From: Planctomycetota bacterium
GTDB taxonomy: Bacteria; Planctomycetota; PLA2; JAEUHO01
Direction of reading: 5' to 3'
NCBI GenBank assembly: GCA_029259775.1
Contig: JAJDEN010000014.1
Coordinates: forward strand, 35,613-99,612
DNA: 64,000 bases
Of the stretch, positions 11,167 through 20,604 are shown piece after piece; within the stretch, counting starts at the first letter, position 1, and every line of letters starts with the position of its first letter. Position numbers and translations under genes: made by a program. The notes beneath the pieces are model-generated. The model did not search any database. It saw only the letters and a program-made list of their open reading frames with translations, and was not told the origin of the DNA.

Positions 11167-13626
11167 CTACTTCTTGGCGGGCTTCTTCGCGGGTTCCTTC
11201 CAGCCGAGGCGCTCCAAGGCCTTGCGCGCCTTCGCCTTCACGCCCCCGTGCGTGTCGCCGTCGCGCATCTCCCGCAAGCGCGGGATCGCGGACGACACGG
11301 CGTACTTGCCGCACGCCTCCGCCGCCCACGAGCGCATGCCGTGGTACGGGTCGCTGAGCAGGTCCACGAGCACCGGGTGCAGGCTCTTGTCGTCCGGCGT
11401 GAGATGCGTCACGCAGTCGATCGCTGCGTTGCGCAGCCGGTGGTTCGCGCCTCGGCCCCACGGGTACTCGAGGAACGGCACCACGTGGTCGACCGCACGC
11501 GCGTCGCCCAGGCTCTTGAAGCCGTCCACGGCCCCGTGGCGCACGACGTTCTGGTCCGAGTCCACCGCCAGCAGCTTCACAAGCGCCTCGAAGGCGCCCT
11601 GCGCCTTGACCTTGCCCACGGCCCGCGCCGCGTCCGAGCGCACCGACGGGTGCGGATCGCTCGCGGCGGCCTGCAGCACCACAGTGCCTGCGATCTTCCG
11701 GTTCTTCGCGCCCAGCGCCTTCATGACCGATTGGCGTACCCGCGAGTCCTGGTCCTTGGCGCCCGCCACCAGGGCCGTCGCCGCGCCCTCGTCGTCGATG
11801 CGTCCGAGCACCTCCGCGCACGTCGCGCGCACGTTGTGGGACATGTCGCTCTCCAAGGCCTGGCGTAGGGCGGTCACGGCCACCCCGCCGAACTCCTCGA
11901 GCGCCTCGGCCGCATCCATGCGCCCCGTCGCGTCCGGATCCGTGAGCAGCTGCTCGCCCCAGGCCGTCCAGGCCTGGTGCTGCGTGACCTTCATCAGGAT
12001 GTCGCCGCCCACACCGAAGCGCAGGTGCTTCGCGCCGTCCATCATGGGGAACGGGAACGCGTGCCGCCCCTTGTAGATCGTGAGGGTCCTGACAGGCCCG
12101 TCCTTGCCCCAGCGAACCGGCACGCGGATCCGGAACAGACCCTGGCCACCCGCGCGCTTCTGCGTCTGGCGCACGACCAGTTCCTTGCGCGCCTTGTCGA
12201 ATCGCACGTCGAGCTTCGGGTAGCCGAGTCCGTAGACCCACTGGTCCCAGAACCACTGCAGGTCCTCGCCCGCCACGTCCTCGCAGACCGTCATCAGGTT
12301 CTCGCTCGTGACGGGCTTGTCGCGGTACTTCTTCACGTAGGCGCGGATCGAGTCGCGGAAGACGTCGTCGCCCAGGTGCCGGCGCAGGTTGTTCAGGATC
12401 GCGGCACCGCGGCTGTACTGCTTGCCCCCGAAGAGCTCCAGCGGGATGTCCCCGCGCGGGTCGGGCGTGAGCTTCAGCTCGCTCGCCTTCGGCGTGCCCT
12501 TCATGTAGCCCTGGTTCTGCCTGCGGCGGCGCACGAGGAACTCCTCGACGCCGTAGCGGTGCTCGAAGAACAGGTCCGTGAAGTACGTCGCAAAGCCCTC
12601 GTTGAGCCAGATGTGCTTCCACGTGCGGCAGGTCAGGAGGTCGCCGAACCACATGTGGGCCAACTCATGCGCCACCAGGCCGTCCGCGCTGTAGTTCGGC
12701 CGGATCGCACCCGAGTGCAACGCGCGCATGTTGAGCGTCGTCGCCGTGACGTTCTCCATGCCGCCGTAGAGGAAGTCCCACACGTAGGTCTGCGCATAGC
12801 GGGCCCACGGGTAGGGCGCCTGCAGGTAGTCGCCGAAGAAGTCGAGCATGTTCGGCGTCTCGCGCAACGAGGCCTCGAGCTCGGCGCGGTGGCCCGGCAC
12901 GGCGCTGTAGTCGAGCTGGACGCCGCCGTGCTTCTTCGTGATCGTCTCGAGCTTGCCGACGATGAGCGAGATCAAGTACGTCGGGGAGCGCTGCGCGAAC
13001 TTCCAGTGGTCGATGCGTCGACCGTCGTCGAGCGGCGTGCTCTTCGCGAGCAGTCCGTTGGAGACCGTCTGGAGCTCGGCCGGGACGGTTACGTGCACAT
13101 CCCAGCTCAGCCGATCGTCCGGCTCGTCGTAGCAGGGGATCCAGCGGCGGTTCTCCGTGCCCTGGCCCTGGCTGTACATGAACAGCGGCGTGTCGGGGTG
13201 GCGCTCGGTCGGCTTGTGGAAGAGCAACCCACGCTTCGGAGTGCTCTCGTAGTGGATCGTCACGGCGCTCTCGGCGCCGACCGCCAGCGGCCCGGGCAGG
13301 TCGATGGCGAGCACGTCCTTCTTCAGCGTGTGCTTCAGTGCCTTGCCGGACGCGTCGCCGACGGCGGTGATCACGCTGTCCTTGCAGTGCAGCCGGAGGA
13401 CCTTCAGGCCGTCCGCCAGGGAGGCGAAGCGCAGCCGGGCCTTGCCCTTCACGGTGCCGGCCGCGATGTCCGGGATCACGTAGATGTCCAGGTGAATCTG
13501 GTCGAAGTCGCGGGTCGTGGCGTCCAGGGGGCCGTCGGCTTCCGGGGCCGCGCCGGCGACCGGAGGCAGCGCGAGCAGCGCGCCCAGCACGAGGCCGAGG
13601 AGAAGGAACGTGGGCTTGCGGTCCAT
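11167..13626 (-). CDS. pepN: secreted M1-family aminopeptidase N with C-terminal HEAT-repeat extension
   Basis: Start MDRKPTFLLLGLVLGALLALPPVAGAAPEA (signal peptide); GAMEN-like GGMEN, HELAHMWFGDL…WLNEGFA zinc motif; C-terminal ~250 aa PBS-lyase/HEAT repeats; the 13627-15207 part of the long ORF is a spurious extension. Confidence 0.85.
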   Translation of the reverse strand: MDRKPTFLLLGLVLGALLALPPVAGAAPEADGPLDATTRDFDQIHLDIYVIPDIAAGTVKGKARLRFASLADGLKVLRLHCKDSVITAVGDASGKALKHTLKKDVLAIDLPGPLAVGAESAVTIHYESTPKRGLLFHKPTERHPDTPLFMYSQGQGTENRRWIPCYDEPDDRLSWDVHVTVPAELQTVSNGLLAKSTPLDDGRRIDHWKFAQRSPTYLISLIVGKLETITKKHGGVQLDYSAVPGHRAELEASLRETPNMLDFFGDYLQAPYPWARYAQTYVWDFLYGGMENVTATTLNMRALHSGAIRPNYSADGLVAHELAHMWFGDLLTCRTWKHIWLNEGFATYFTDLFFEHRYGVEEFLVRRRRQNQGYMKGTPKASELKLTPDPRGDIPLELFGGKQYSRGAAILNNLRRHLGDDVFRDSIRAYVKKYRDKPVTSENLMTVCEDVAGEDLQWFWDQWVYGLGYPKLDVRFDKARKELVVRQTQKRAGGQGLFRIRVPVRWGKDGPVRTLTIYKGRHAFPFPMMDGAKHLRFGVGGDILMKVTQHQAWTAWGEQLLTDPDATGRMDAAEALEEFGGVAVTALRQALESDMSHNVRATCAEVLGRIDDEGAATALVAGAKDQDSRVRQSVMKALGAKNRKIAGTVVLQAAASDPHPSVRSDAARAVGKVKAQGAFEALVKLLAVDSDQNVVRHGAVDGFKSLGDARAVDHVVPFLEYPWGRGANHRLRNAAIDCVTHLTPDDKSLHPVLVDLLSDPYHGMRSWAAEACGKYAVSSAIPRLREMRDGDTHGGVKAKARKALERLGWKEPAKKPAKK

Positions 13627-13749
13627 GGGGCGTCTCCGTGACCGGGGGATGGTACGTGAGGGCGCAGCACGCCGCCGGAGGACCGAATCCGCCTCCTCCG
13701 ATATTGGCGCTCCCGGGCCGTGAGCGGACACTGGGGGTTGGGAGGCTCC

Positions 13750-15426
13750 ATGCCGCGTCGCACTGCCCCGTACCTGCTGCTCCTCGCCCTGGCCCTCATC
13801 CTCGCCGCCGCGCCCCGGCCGGCTGCCGCCGACGAGCGCGTACCGGCGATTTCCGACCGGGACCTGCCGGTGGTCGGGACCTGCGCGCCGATCGACGGGT
13901 CCGACGTGTCCATCGTCACCGTCGGTAAGGCGAGCGACGCGCGTTGGTTCCAGGTGAGCGGCGTCGCCGCCCCGGTGGACTTCAACGGCCTGATCAAGGT
14001 CCTGGGGCAGCGCGCCGGCGCGACGCGGCCGAGCAAGCACAGCGTGTGGATCACCGCATCCGCCCGCCACTCGTGGGTCCACGCCAAGCGCGTTCGCAAC
14101 GCCGCGGCCGTCGCGGGCATCTACCGCACCGGCCTGCGCGTGCGCAGCGAGGCGACGGGCCAGGTGATGGGCTTTCCGCTCTTCTTGCCGCCGGGGCCCA
14201 CCGGCGTGCCGGGCCCCAAGGCCGGTCTGCTGAAGCTGCGCATCAACACCGTCTCCGCCAAGGAGCGCAAGGCGTCCTCGGATGCCGGCCACGCCTACGC
14301 CGCGGCGCGGCGCGCGATCGAGAAGCGCGCCGAGTTCGGCGTACAGAAGGTCATCGCCAGTGTCTGGATCGCCACCAACGCGCGCCTGCAGTACGCGCTC
14401 ACGACCCTCGACCTGCTCTACCGCGGCGGCTGCTCCGGCGTGCGCGTCAGCAGTGGCATGCAGGTGCCGCGCCTGGACGTCGAGCCAGTCACGATCCTCG
14501 AGATCCAGGGAGGCGTGGCCTCGCGGATCCCGCAGAAGCTGAAGCCCGGGACCCTCATGCCGCGCCGCGCGCCGTGGGGCCTGCTCGGCCCGGCCGAGGC
14601 CGGCTGGGTCGACTTCGTGCCGACGAAGCTGCCCGCGTTGGACGGCAGCAGACCCGTGAAGGGCGCGCGGCCCGAGCTGCGGCCCAACTACGCGGCGCAG
14701 CCGAACGGCGTGCCGTCCAGCATCTGGAAGGGCGTCGACCAGGAACTGCGTACCTGGATGACCAGCCTCGGCGCCGATCTGACCAAGGGGCTGCGCGGCG
14801 GCGACCTGAAGGAGCGCTTCACCATCGGCCTGCGCCGCAAGGAGACGCTGCCCACGTACGTGGCGCCCGCGCGGCGCGCGTTCCCCGATGCCACCAGCGT
14901 GATTCCCGCGACCTTGCAGGTGAACAGCCTTCTGTTCCGCGGCGGCAGCCTCGTCGGCCGGGCGGATGTGACGCTGCTTCTCGCCGGGGACCGCCTGCGC
15001 GTGATCTTCGCGACGTGGATCCCCCTCGAGCCGACCAGCAGCGGCACGCTCGTGCCCTTCGCCGTGGATCCGTTCGCGGCCGGTGACGCCGCCGCGCTCC
15101 GGGTCTGGATCGAGGCCCTCTACGCCGGGACCAAGAGGTACGGCATGAAGGTGATTCCCCTGGCCACCGGTGCCAACGTGCTGCCCTACTTCCCGGCCGT
15201 GGCCCACCGCAGCCTCGGCGCCTCGATCCGTGGGGGCGGACCCAACCTCGAGGCGTTCGCTGCCGGCCTGAAGCAGACCGCATTCGATCGCGTGGTGATC
15301 TCGGTTAAGCGCGGCACGGCGAGTGTCCTGAGCGGCAGGCGCGTCCTCGGTGTGCTCAACTTCAGCCTGCGCGCGGAAGAGGGGCAGATGCGGCTGGACG
15401 ACCTGAAGCCGCGCCGGGCGAAGTAG
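13750..15426 (+). CDS. secreted hypothetical protein (558 aa)
   Basis: GGGAGG RBS; signal peptide MPRRTAPYLLLLALALILAAAPRPAAA; no recognisable domain. Confidence 0.6.
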   Translation: MPRRTAPYLLLLALALILAAAPRPAAADERVPAISDRDLPVVGTCAPIDGSDVSIVTVGKASDARWFQVSGVAAPVDFNGLIKVLGQRAGATRPSKHSVWITASARHSWVHAKRVRNAAAVAGIYRTGLRVRSEATGQVMGFPLFLPPGPTGVPGPKAGLLKLRINTVSAKERKASSDAGHAYAAARRAIEKRAEFGVQKVIASVWIATNARLQYALTTLDLLYRGGCSGVRVSSGMQVPRLDVEPVTILEIQGGVASRIPQKLKPGTLMPRRAPWGLLGPAEAGWVDFVPTKLPALDGSRPVKGARPELRPNYAAQPNGVPSSIWKGVDQELRTWMTSLGADLTKGLRGGDLKERFTIGLRRKETLPTYVAPARRAFPDATSVIPATLQVNSLLFRGGSLVGRADVTLLLAGDRLRVIFATWIPLEPTSSGTLVPFAVDPFAAGDAAALRVWIEALYAGTKRYGMKVIPLATGANVLPYFPAVAHRSLGASIRGGGPNLEAFAAGLKQTAFDRVVISVKRGTASVLSGRRVLGVLNFSLRAEEGQMRLDDLKPRRAK

Positions 15427-15533
15427 CTCGGCGCGCGGTCCCCGCGGTCGGGAACTGCGCGGAGGGTGGTTCGACGGAATCGAGCGCTCTCCGCTAGAAT
15501 CCAGCGTCCTTCGGAGCCCCGGGAGAGTCGCCG

Positions 15534-15875
15534 ATGTCTCGCTACACCGTCTTGTTCCTCATGTGTGCCGCGCTGGGCCTTGCAGGCTGCAGCCTGTTCG
15601 ACGCCGGCGACACCCAGACCGCAGGCGGCGCGCCGTCCGGCTCGCCCACGAGCATCGCTGGCGCCCCGCGCGCCGCGGGCGGCGCCTGGACCACCCCGGC
15701 GCCGTCGGGCTACGCCGTACAGCCCGCCGCACCGCGGGCACCTTCTGCCCAGGGACCTGCGGCCTCGGCCCCGCGGTTGCCCAGCGCACCGCCGGCCGGC
15801 GAGCAGGCCCCGGTCTGGACGCCCCCCGCACCCGCCCCGGAGCCCGCACCCGCGCCCGGCGCGGGCAAGGGGTGA
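15534..15875 (+). CDS. small Pro/Ala-rich lipoprotein (113 aa)
   Basis: MSRYTVLFLMCAALGLAGC lipobox; low-complexity P/A-rich body; ends …GAGKG*; paralog of the 16173 gene at its 3' end. Confidence 0.55.
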   Translation: MSRYTVLFLMCAALGLAGCSLFDAGDTQTAGGAPSGSPTSIAGAPRAAGGAWTTPAPSGYAVQPAAPRAPSAQGPAASAPRLPSAPPAGEQAPVWTPPAPAPEPAPAPGAGKG

Positions 15876-15910
15876 GGCGGCGGCAAGGGGTGAGGCTAGA
15901 CCTCACGTTC

Positions 15911-15924
15911 GAGCCGGTCGGCTC
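15911..15924 (+). terminator. hairpin after the first mini-lipoprotein gene
   Basis: gagccggtcggctc inverted repeat 36 nt after the stop. Confidence 0.35.
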
Positions 15925-16172
15925 GATCCTCCTTCTCGTACGACGTTTGTGGTGGGTCCGGGCCCCAGCGGCCGCGGCGCAGGCCCCCGTCTAAGCCGCG
16001 GCTAAGGTCCCGACGCACTTCGCGTATGTGGGGCAATGGACCTAGGGGATTGCGCCGTCTACCCCAATGGATAGACTCAGTCGATCAACAACGCAGCGGA
16101 CATCTTCACTGCCGATGCTCGCGCAACCATGGCGCCGGAACTCGTCCGGTGGCCCTAGCCCCAGAGGACACC

Positions 16173-16337
16173 ATGAAGAAGTTCTTCGCCATCCTGGCCC
16201 TCGTGGCCGCTTTCGGCATTGTCGGCGCGTGCGCCGGCCAGGCCAGCTCCACCGGTGACAGCGGCGCGACCGCTCCCGCCCCCGATAGCAGCGCCCAGCC
16301 GGCGACCAGCTGCGGCGGCGGCTCCGGCAAGGGGTGA
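16173..16337 (+). CDS. small lipoprotein (54 aa)
   Basis: AGAGGA RBS; MKKFFAILALVAAFGIVGAC lipobox; ends …GGGSGKG* with the same GGCAAGGGGTGAGGCTAG 3' sequence as 15534..15875. Confidence 0.55.
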   Translation: MKKFFAILALVAAFGIVGACAGQASSTGDSGATAPAPDSSAQPATSCGGGSGKG

Positions 16338-16349
16338 GGCTAGTACGCA

Positions 16350-16368
16350 GCGAGCCCGTCGGGCTCGC
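16350..16368 (+). terminator. hairpin after the second mini-lipoprotein gene
   Basis: gcgagcccg-t-cgggctcgc inverted repeat; two further hairpins (cccgggacccgtcccggg; cgctcacggttcctaccgtgagcg) follow up to ~16460. Confidence 0.4.
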
Positions 16369-16534
16369 AGACCCAGATTCGCAGCTTCCCGGGACCCGTC
16401 CCGGGAGGCTGGTTGACCCTCTCGCTCACGGTTCCTACCGTGAGCGCGGAGGGTCTTCCCAGTTTTGGGGCGCACACGCTCGGACGGGCGCGCAGGGACG
16501 CCGCCGCTGACGGCAGGACCCGGGAGGAGGATCG

Positions 16535-17515
16535 ATGTCCCAGCCCCCGCCCCGACGGCGGCGCGGCAGCGTCCCCCGTCAGCGCTCCACGAGCGACGAG
16601 GAGATGCGCCAAGGCGCGAGCCGCGCCATCGGCGCGGCGCGGCGCTCCCTCAAGGCGATGCGCTTCCTGTTCCTCGTCGACGCCGTCCTGGTCGGCCTCC
16701 TGCTCGTGCTGCTGCTCTCGGTCCCGGACGTCACGCTGCTGTGGAAGTTCGCGTTCGGAGGGCTCTTCGCCGCCGCGGTCCTCGGTGCCGTCTTCGTCGT
16801 CCGACAGCCGGTTCTCTGCGCGCTTCCGCTTGCGATCTTCCACACCGCTGCCGCGATCCCCGTGCTCTGGCTCGGCGTGCAGGGGATCACGGACATGATG
16901 TGCGTCACCCTGGCGTTCCTGCTGTGGGGCGCCGTCGCCATGGCGTTCAACACGCAGAAGCTGCTGAAGGCCTACCCCGACGTGTGGGCCGCGCGTCACA
17001 TGCGGGGCGAGGGCCGTTCCAGCGACGAGATGGGCAGCAAGTGGCGCGACCAGGCGCGCGCGGACCGGCGTGAGGCTTGGAAGAAGATCGCGCTCTACGG
17101 CGTGCTGCCGTTCGTACTCGCCGTCGGCGCACTCGTCGTATTCAGCGGCGACGGGGCGGAAAACGGGGAGCGGCACACGGCCCAGCGCCCGCCGCCCAAG
17201 CCGGCGGAGCCGGTGGACGCCAAGCTGACGGCGTTCCAGACCGCGTGGAACGAGCAGTCCCTGATGGACATCCGCGCCTTCTTCGCCAAGGACGTCGAGG
17301 TGCGCAAGGCCAGGCTGCTCGGCAAGCTGTTCCGCCGACGCGGCTGGGTGAAGCAGCGCGCGCCGATCGTCCCGAAGCGCAAGGAGACCGCTGCGCTGCA
17401 CCAGATCGCGGTCTTCTGGACGATCGAAGGCGAGTCCAAGGTGATGCAGACGGATTGGCAATGGGAGAGCGGCGCCTGGTGGCTGCTCGACCTCAAGCTT
17501 CGGATTCCTGAGTAG
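16535..17515 (+). CDS. integral membrane hypothetical protein (326 aa)
   Basis: Strong GGGAGGAGG RBS; Arg-rich N-terminus then ~5 predicted TM helices; C-terminal soluble region. Confidence 0.6.
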   Translation: MSQPPPRRRRGSVPRQRSTSDEEMRQGASRAIGAARRSLKAMRFLFLVDAVLVGLLLVLLLSVPDVTLLWKFAFGGLFAAAVLGAVFVVRQPVLCALPLAIFHTAAAIPVLWLGVQGITDMMCVTLAFLLWGAVAMAFNTQKLLKAYPDVWAARHMRGEGRSSDEMGSKWRDQARADRREAWKKIALYGVLPFVLAVGALVVFSGDGAENGERHTAQRPPPKPAEPVDAKLTAFQTAWNEQSLMDIRAFFAKDVEVRKARLLGKLFRRRGWVKQRAPIVPKRKETAALHQIAVFWTIEGESKVMQTDWQWESGAWWLLDLKLRIPE

Positions 17516-18914
17516 GCCCGCCCTTCGCGCGCTGCTCGCGCCACGCGAGCCACATCGGCAGCGCCAGCATGACCACCGCGTCGAGTACACGTGCTTTTGA
17601 GAGGTGCGTGAACGCGATCATCTGGAACGCGGCGATCCACAGTGCCAGACGGCGAATGCGGTGGCCGGGTGGCAGCAGGAAGACGGCCGGCAGGAACATC
17701 ACCACGTACCAGGGGTGCCACAGCGAGCTGGCGATGCACATCAGCACGACGAGCACGGTGAGGGCGTCCTCGATCAAGGCCTCTGACGTGTAGGTCGCGC
17801 GACGCGCCGAGCGCAGCCACCGCAGGCCGAAGAACGTGAGGAACGCGAGCCCGAAGGCGATCCGCACGACGTGGCGGAAGGTGCCGGCGTCCCCGACGAG
17901 CTGCTCATAGGGGTAGACCAGCGCCGCTTGCAATGAGTTGCGGGGCGTCGTGATGTCCGCCGCGATGTCGGCCCAGCGCGCGTCGGCGAAGCCGTCGGCG
18001 TAGGCGAGGACGCAAAGCACGACGGGCACAAGGCCGACCACCGTGGATACCGCCGCCTTGCGCCAGCCGTGGCGCCTCACGAGCCACAGCAGCACGAAGG
18101 GCAGCAGCGCCAGCGCGATGTGCTTGATCAGCGCCCCGACGAGGATGGCGGGCACCACGCCCAGCCAGCGGCCGTCCAGCGCCAGGCGAAGCGCAATCAG
18201 GATGCATAGCGCCATGAGGATGTCGTTGTGGCCGTTGGCGATGACGTGGAGCAGGACGAGCGGGCTCCAGAGCAGCGTGAATGCCGCGAGGCCCGCGCGC
18301 GGTAGCTCATGCCGCCGCAGGGTCGAGATCACAAGCCAAGCCGTTCCGGCGAGGACGAAGACGTTCATGAGCCGGAAGATGAGCAGCGTGGTTGCGAGAT
18401 CGCCGCCGCCCAGCGAAGCGACGCCGCGGGTGATGAGCGCGAAGAGGAAGCCGTAGACGCACGGCGTGTCGCTCCAGTAGCTGAAGAACAGCGGGTCGTT
18501 CTCCCAACCCGGCACGTCGACGGCGGTGTTCACATACGGGTTGAGCCCGTAGTGGGCCTGAAGGTGGCCCGTGTTCGTGTAGGCGAACAGGTCGGTGGAA
18601 TGGAAGGGAATCGGCCCGACCGTGAGCGCCGCAAAGACGACGAACGCGCCGAGGAGCAGCTTCCACGGAACCGCCCGGTCGCGCTCGAGCTGGACGATCT
18701 GTTGCGCCCCCCGAAGCCACAGCAGCAGCAGCAGCAACGTGCCGCCCCAGCCGAAGGCGTAGCGCAGGATCCGCACCTCGCGCTCGGGGTAGGCCACGGC
18801 GTAGGCCAGGTAGAGCAGGCCGAGCAGCACGCCCGTGCGCAGCAGGCCGGCGCGGTCGGCCGTGAGGCCTAGCGCGCTGCTCCCGCGGTCCAGCAGCGCG
18901 CCGAGTCGTGTCAT
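17493..18914 (-). CDS. polytopic membrane protein, possibly GT-C-type glycosyltransferase (DUF2029/GT87-like)
   Basis: >10 hydrophobic helices with conserved loops (YAFGWGG…FHSTDLFAYTNTGHL…); family assignment is by overall topology only. Confidence 0.5.
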   Translation of the reverse strand: MTRLGALLDRGSSALGLTADRAGLLRTGVLLGLLYLAYAVAYPEREVRILRYAFGWGGTLLLLLLWLRGAQQIVQLERDRAVPWKLLLGAFVVFAALTVGPIPFHSTDLFAYTNTGHLQAHYGLNPYVNTAVDVPGWENDPLFFSYWSDTPCVYGFLFALITRGVASLGGGDLATTLLIFRLMNVFVLAGTAWLVISTLRRHELPRAGLAAFTLLWSPLVLLHVIANGHNDILMALCILIALRLALDGRWLGVVPAILVGALIKHIALALLPFVLLWLVRRHGWRKAAVSTVVGLVPVVLCVLAYADGFADARWADIAADITTPRNSLQAALVYPYEQLVGDAGTFRHVVRIAFGLAFLTFFGLRWLRSARRATYTSEALIEDALTVLVVLMCIASSLWHPWYVVMFLPAVFLLPPGHRIRRLALWIAAFQMIAFTHLSKARVLDAVVMLALPMWLAWREQRAKGGPTQESEA

Positions 18915-18984
18915 CGGTCTCCCTGATGGAGCTCCTCGCGGGCCGGGCTCCGTTCGCTCCGCATTGTAGATCGTCGGGGGTTGC

Positions 18985-20514
18985 TCATCGGGCCAGCGCG
19001 AAGTCGAAATCCACGCTCTTCAGGTAGCCACGCTCCCGCTCGAGATCGACCACCGTCAGCGGGTGGGTCTTCAGCCAGCGGGCGCGCGCCTCCAGTCGCA
19101 CCTCGCGCTCGTCGCTCGACAGGCGGAACGGCGGCAGCGGCTCGGGGTGGCGTCCGCGATGCAGCAGGACAGCGAGCCGCAGCAGGAGGATCAGGCGCGT
19201 CGCGCGCAGCCAGGCGCGCTCGCTCAAGTGGTCCAGGACGGCGAGGTCGATCTTGCGTCGATGGCAGGCGACCACGACGGCGAGCAGCTCCTGGTCGGCG
19301 CGGGAGAAGCCCGGCATGTCGGCGTGCGCCAGGAGGTAGCCGCTGTGACGGTGGTAACCGTTCCACGACACGGCGAGTCCGATCTCGTGCAGGCGTGCGC
19401 CCCAGGCCAGGAAGCGACCATCTTCCGCCGCGTCCATCGCCCAGGCGGCGGGCGCGTGGGAGAGGAGCGACAGCACCATGCGCTCCACGCGCGCGGCCTG
19501 CGCCACGTCCACGCGGTGGCGCTCCTGGAAGCTGCGGATGGTCCGCTCGCGGACGTCTTCCTTGCGGATGCGACCGAGGAGGTCGTACATCACGCCCTCC
19601 CGCAGCGCGCCCGAGGACGCGGTCAGGCTCTCGATCTCCAGGCGGTCGAAGAGGGCCAGCAGAACGGCAAGTCCACCGGGGAAGACCGCCCGGCGCTCGC
19701 TCTTGAGTCCCTTGAGCTTCAGGCGGGAGGTGTGCTCCGCGGCCAGCACCGCCTTGCGCAACATCTTCAGGCCGTCCGGCGTCAGCGGTCCCGGGTTCCA
19801 GCCGTTGAGGCGGGCGATGTTCACCGCCGTCCGGATCGTGCCCGACGCGCCGATGGCGCGCGTCCAGCCCGTCTCCTTGAACCGTCGCTCGATGCGCTGG
19901 ATCTCGGAGCCGGCCCGCAGCGTGGCCGCGTCGAGGGCCGCTCGCGTGATCTCGCCTTCGGGGAAGAACCGCTTCGACAGGCGCACGCAGCCCGCGTCGA
20001 GGCTGTGCACTTCGAGCGCGTCGAAGTGTTCCCCGAGGATGCACTCCGTGCTGCCGCCGCCGATGTCGATCACCAGGCGCGCGCCGGGCTCGTCGGCCAG
20101 GCTGTGCGACACGCCGAGGTAGATCAAGCGCGCCTCTTCGCTGCCTGAGATGACCTCGATCCGGTGCCCGAGCGCGTCCTCGGCCTCCGCGAGAAACGCG
20201 CTCGCATCGCTGGCCTTGCGCAAGGTGCTCGTGCCCACCGCCCGGACCCGGTCGACGGGCAGGTAGCGCAGGCGCTGGTTGAAGCGGCGCAGGCAGCTGA
20301 GCGCCCGCGCGCGCACCCTCTTCGTGATCTGGTTGCGCTTGCCCAGGCCGCGCGCGAGCTGCACCTGGTCGCGCACGCGGTCGAGCATCGAGAGCTCGTC
20401 CCCGTGGACCCGCGCCACGGCGAGGTGGAAGCTGTTCGAGCCCAGGTCGACCGCGGCCACCTGCTCGGCGGCACCCGCCCCCGGTCCCCGGCCGTCGCGG
20501 TGGCTCGTGCTCAT
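18985..20514 (-). CDS. ppx: exopolyphosphatase / guanosine pentaphosphate phosphohydrolase (Ppx/GppA)
   Basis: Start MSTSHRDG…; AAVDLGSNSFHLAVARV, EVISGSEEARLIYLGV, DIGGGSTE actin-fold motifs of Ppx/GppA plus C-terminal HD-like domain; the upstream ORF-track extension is unlikely. Confidence 0.85.
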   Translation of the reverse strand: MSTSHRDGRGPGAGAAEQVAAVDLGSNSFHLAVARVHGDELSMLDRVRDQVQLARGLGKRNQITKRVRARALSCLRRFNQRLRYLPVDRVRAVGTSTLRKASDASAFLAEAEDALGHRIEVISGSEEARLIYLGVSHSLADEPGARLVIDIGGGSTECILGEHFDALEVHSLDAGCVRLSKRFFPEGEITRAALDAATLRAGSEIQRIERRFKETGWTRAIGASGTIRTAVNIARLNGWNPGPLTPDGLKMLRKAVLAAEHTSRLKLKGLKSERRAVFPGGLAVLLALFDRLEIESLTASSGALREGVMYDLLGRIRKEDVRERTIRSFQERHRVDVAQAARVERMVLSLLSHAPAAWAMDAAEDGRFLAWGARLHEIGLAVSWNGYHRHSGYLLAHADMPGFSRADQELLAVVVACHRRKIDLAVLDHLSERAWLRATRLILLLRLAVLLHRGRHPEPLPPFRLSSDEREVRLEARARWLKTHPLTVVDLERERGYLKSVDFDFALAR

Positions 20515-20604
20515 GGCCGGATTGTGGCCCGGCCTACCCCCGCACGATCGTGAGGGATGGGCGAAGTCGTCCCCTTGCGGCGCTGCGGGCGGTACGCTCG
20601 CGCG

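Noticed and set aside
13627-15207. 5' 527-codon extension of the pepN ORF (ORF-track 11167..15207)
   Set aside because: The extension has no homology and overlaps the real plus-strand secreted-protein gene 13750-15426. A convincing signal-peptide start MDRKPTFLLL occurs at 13626.
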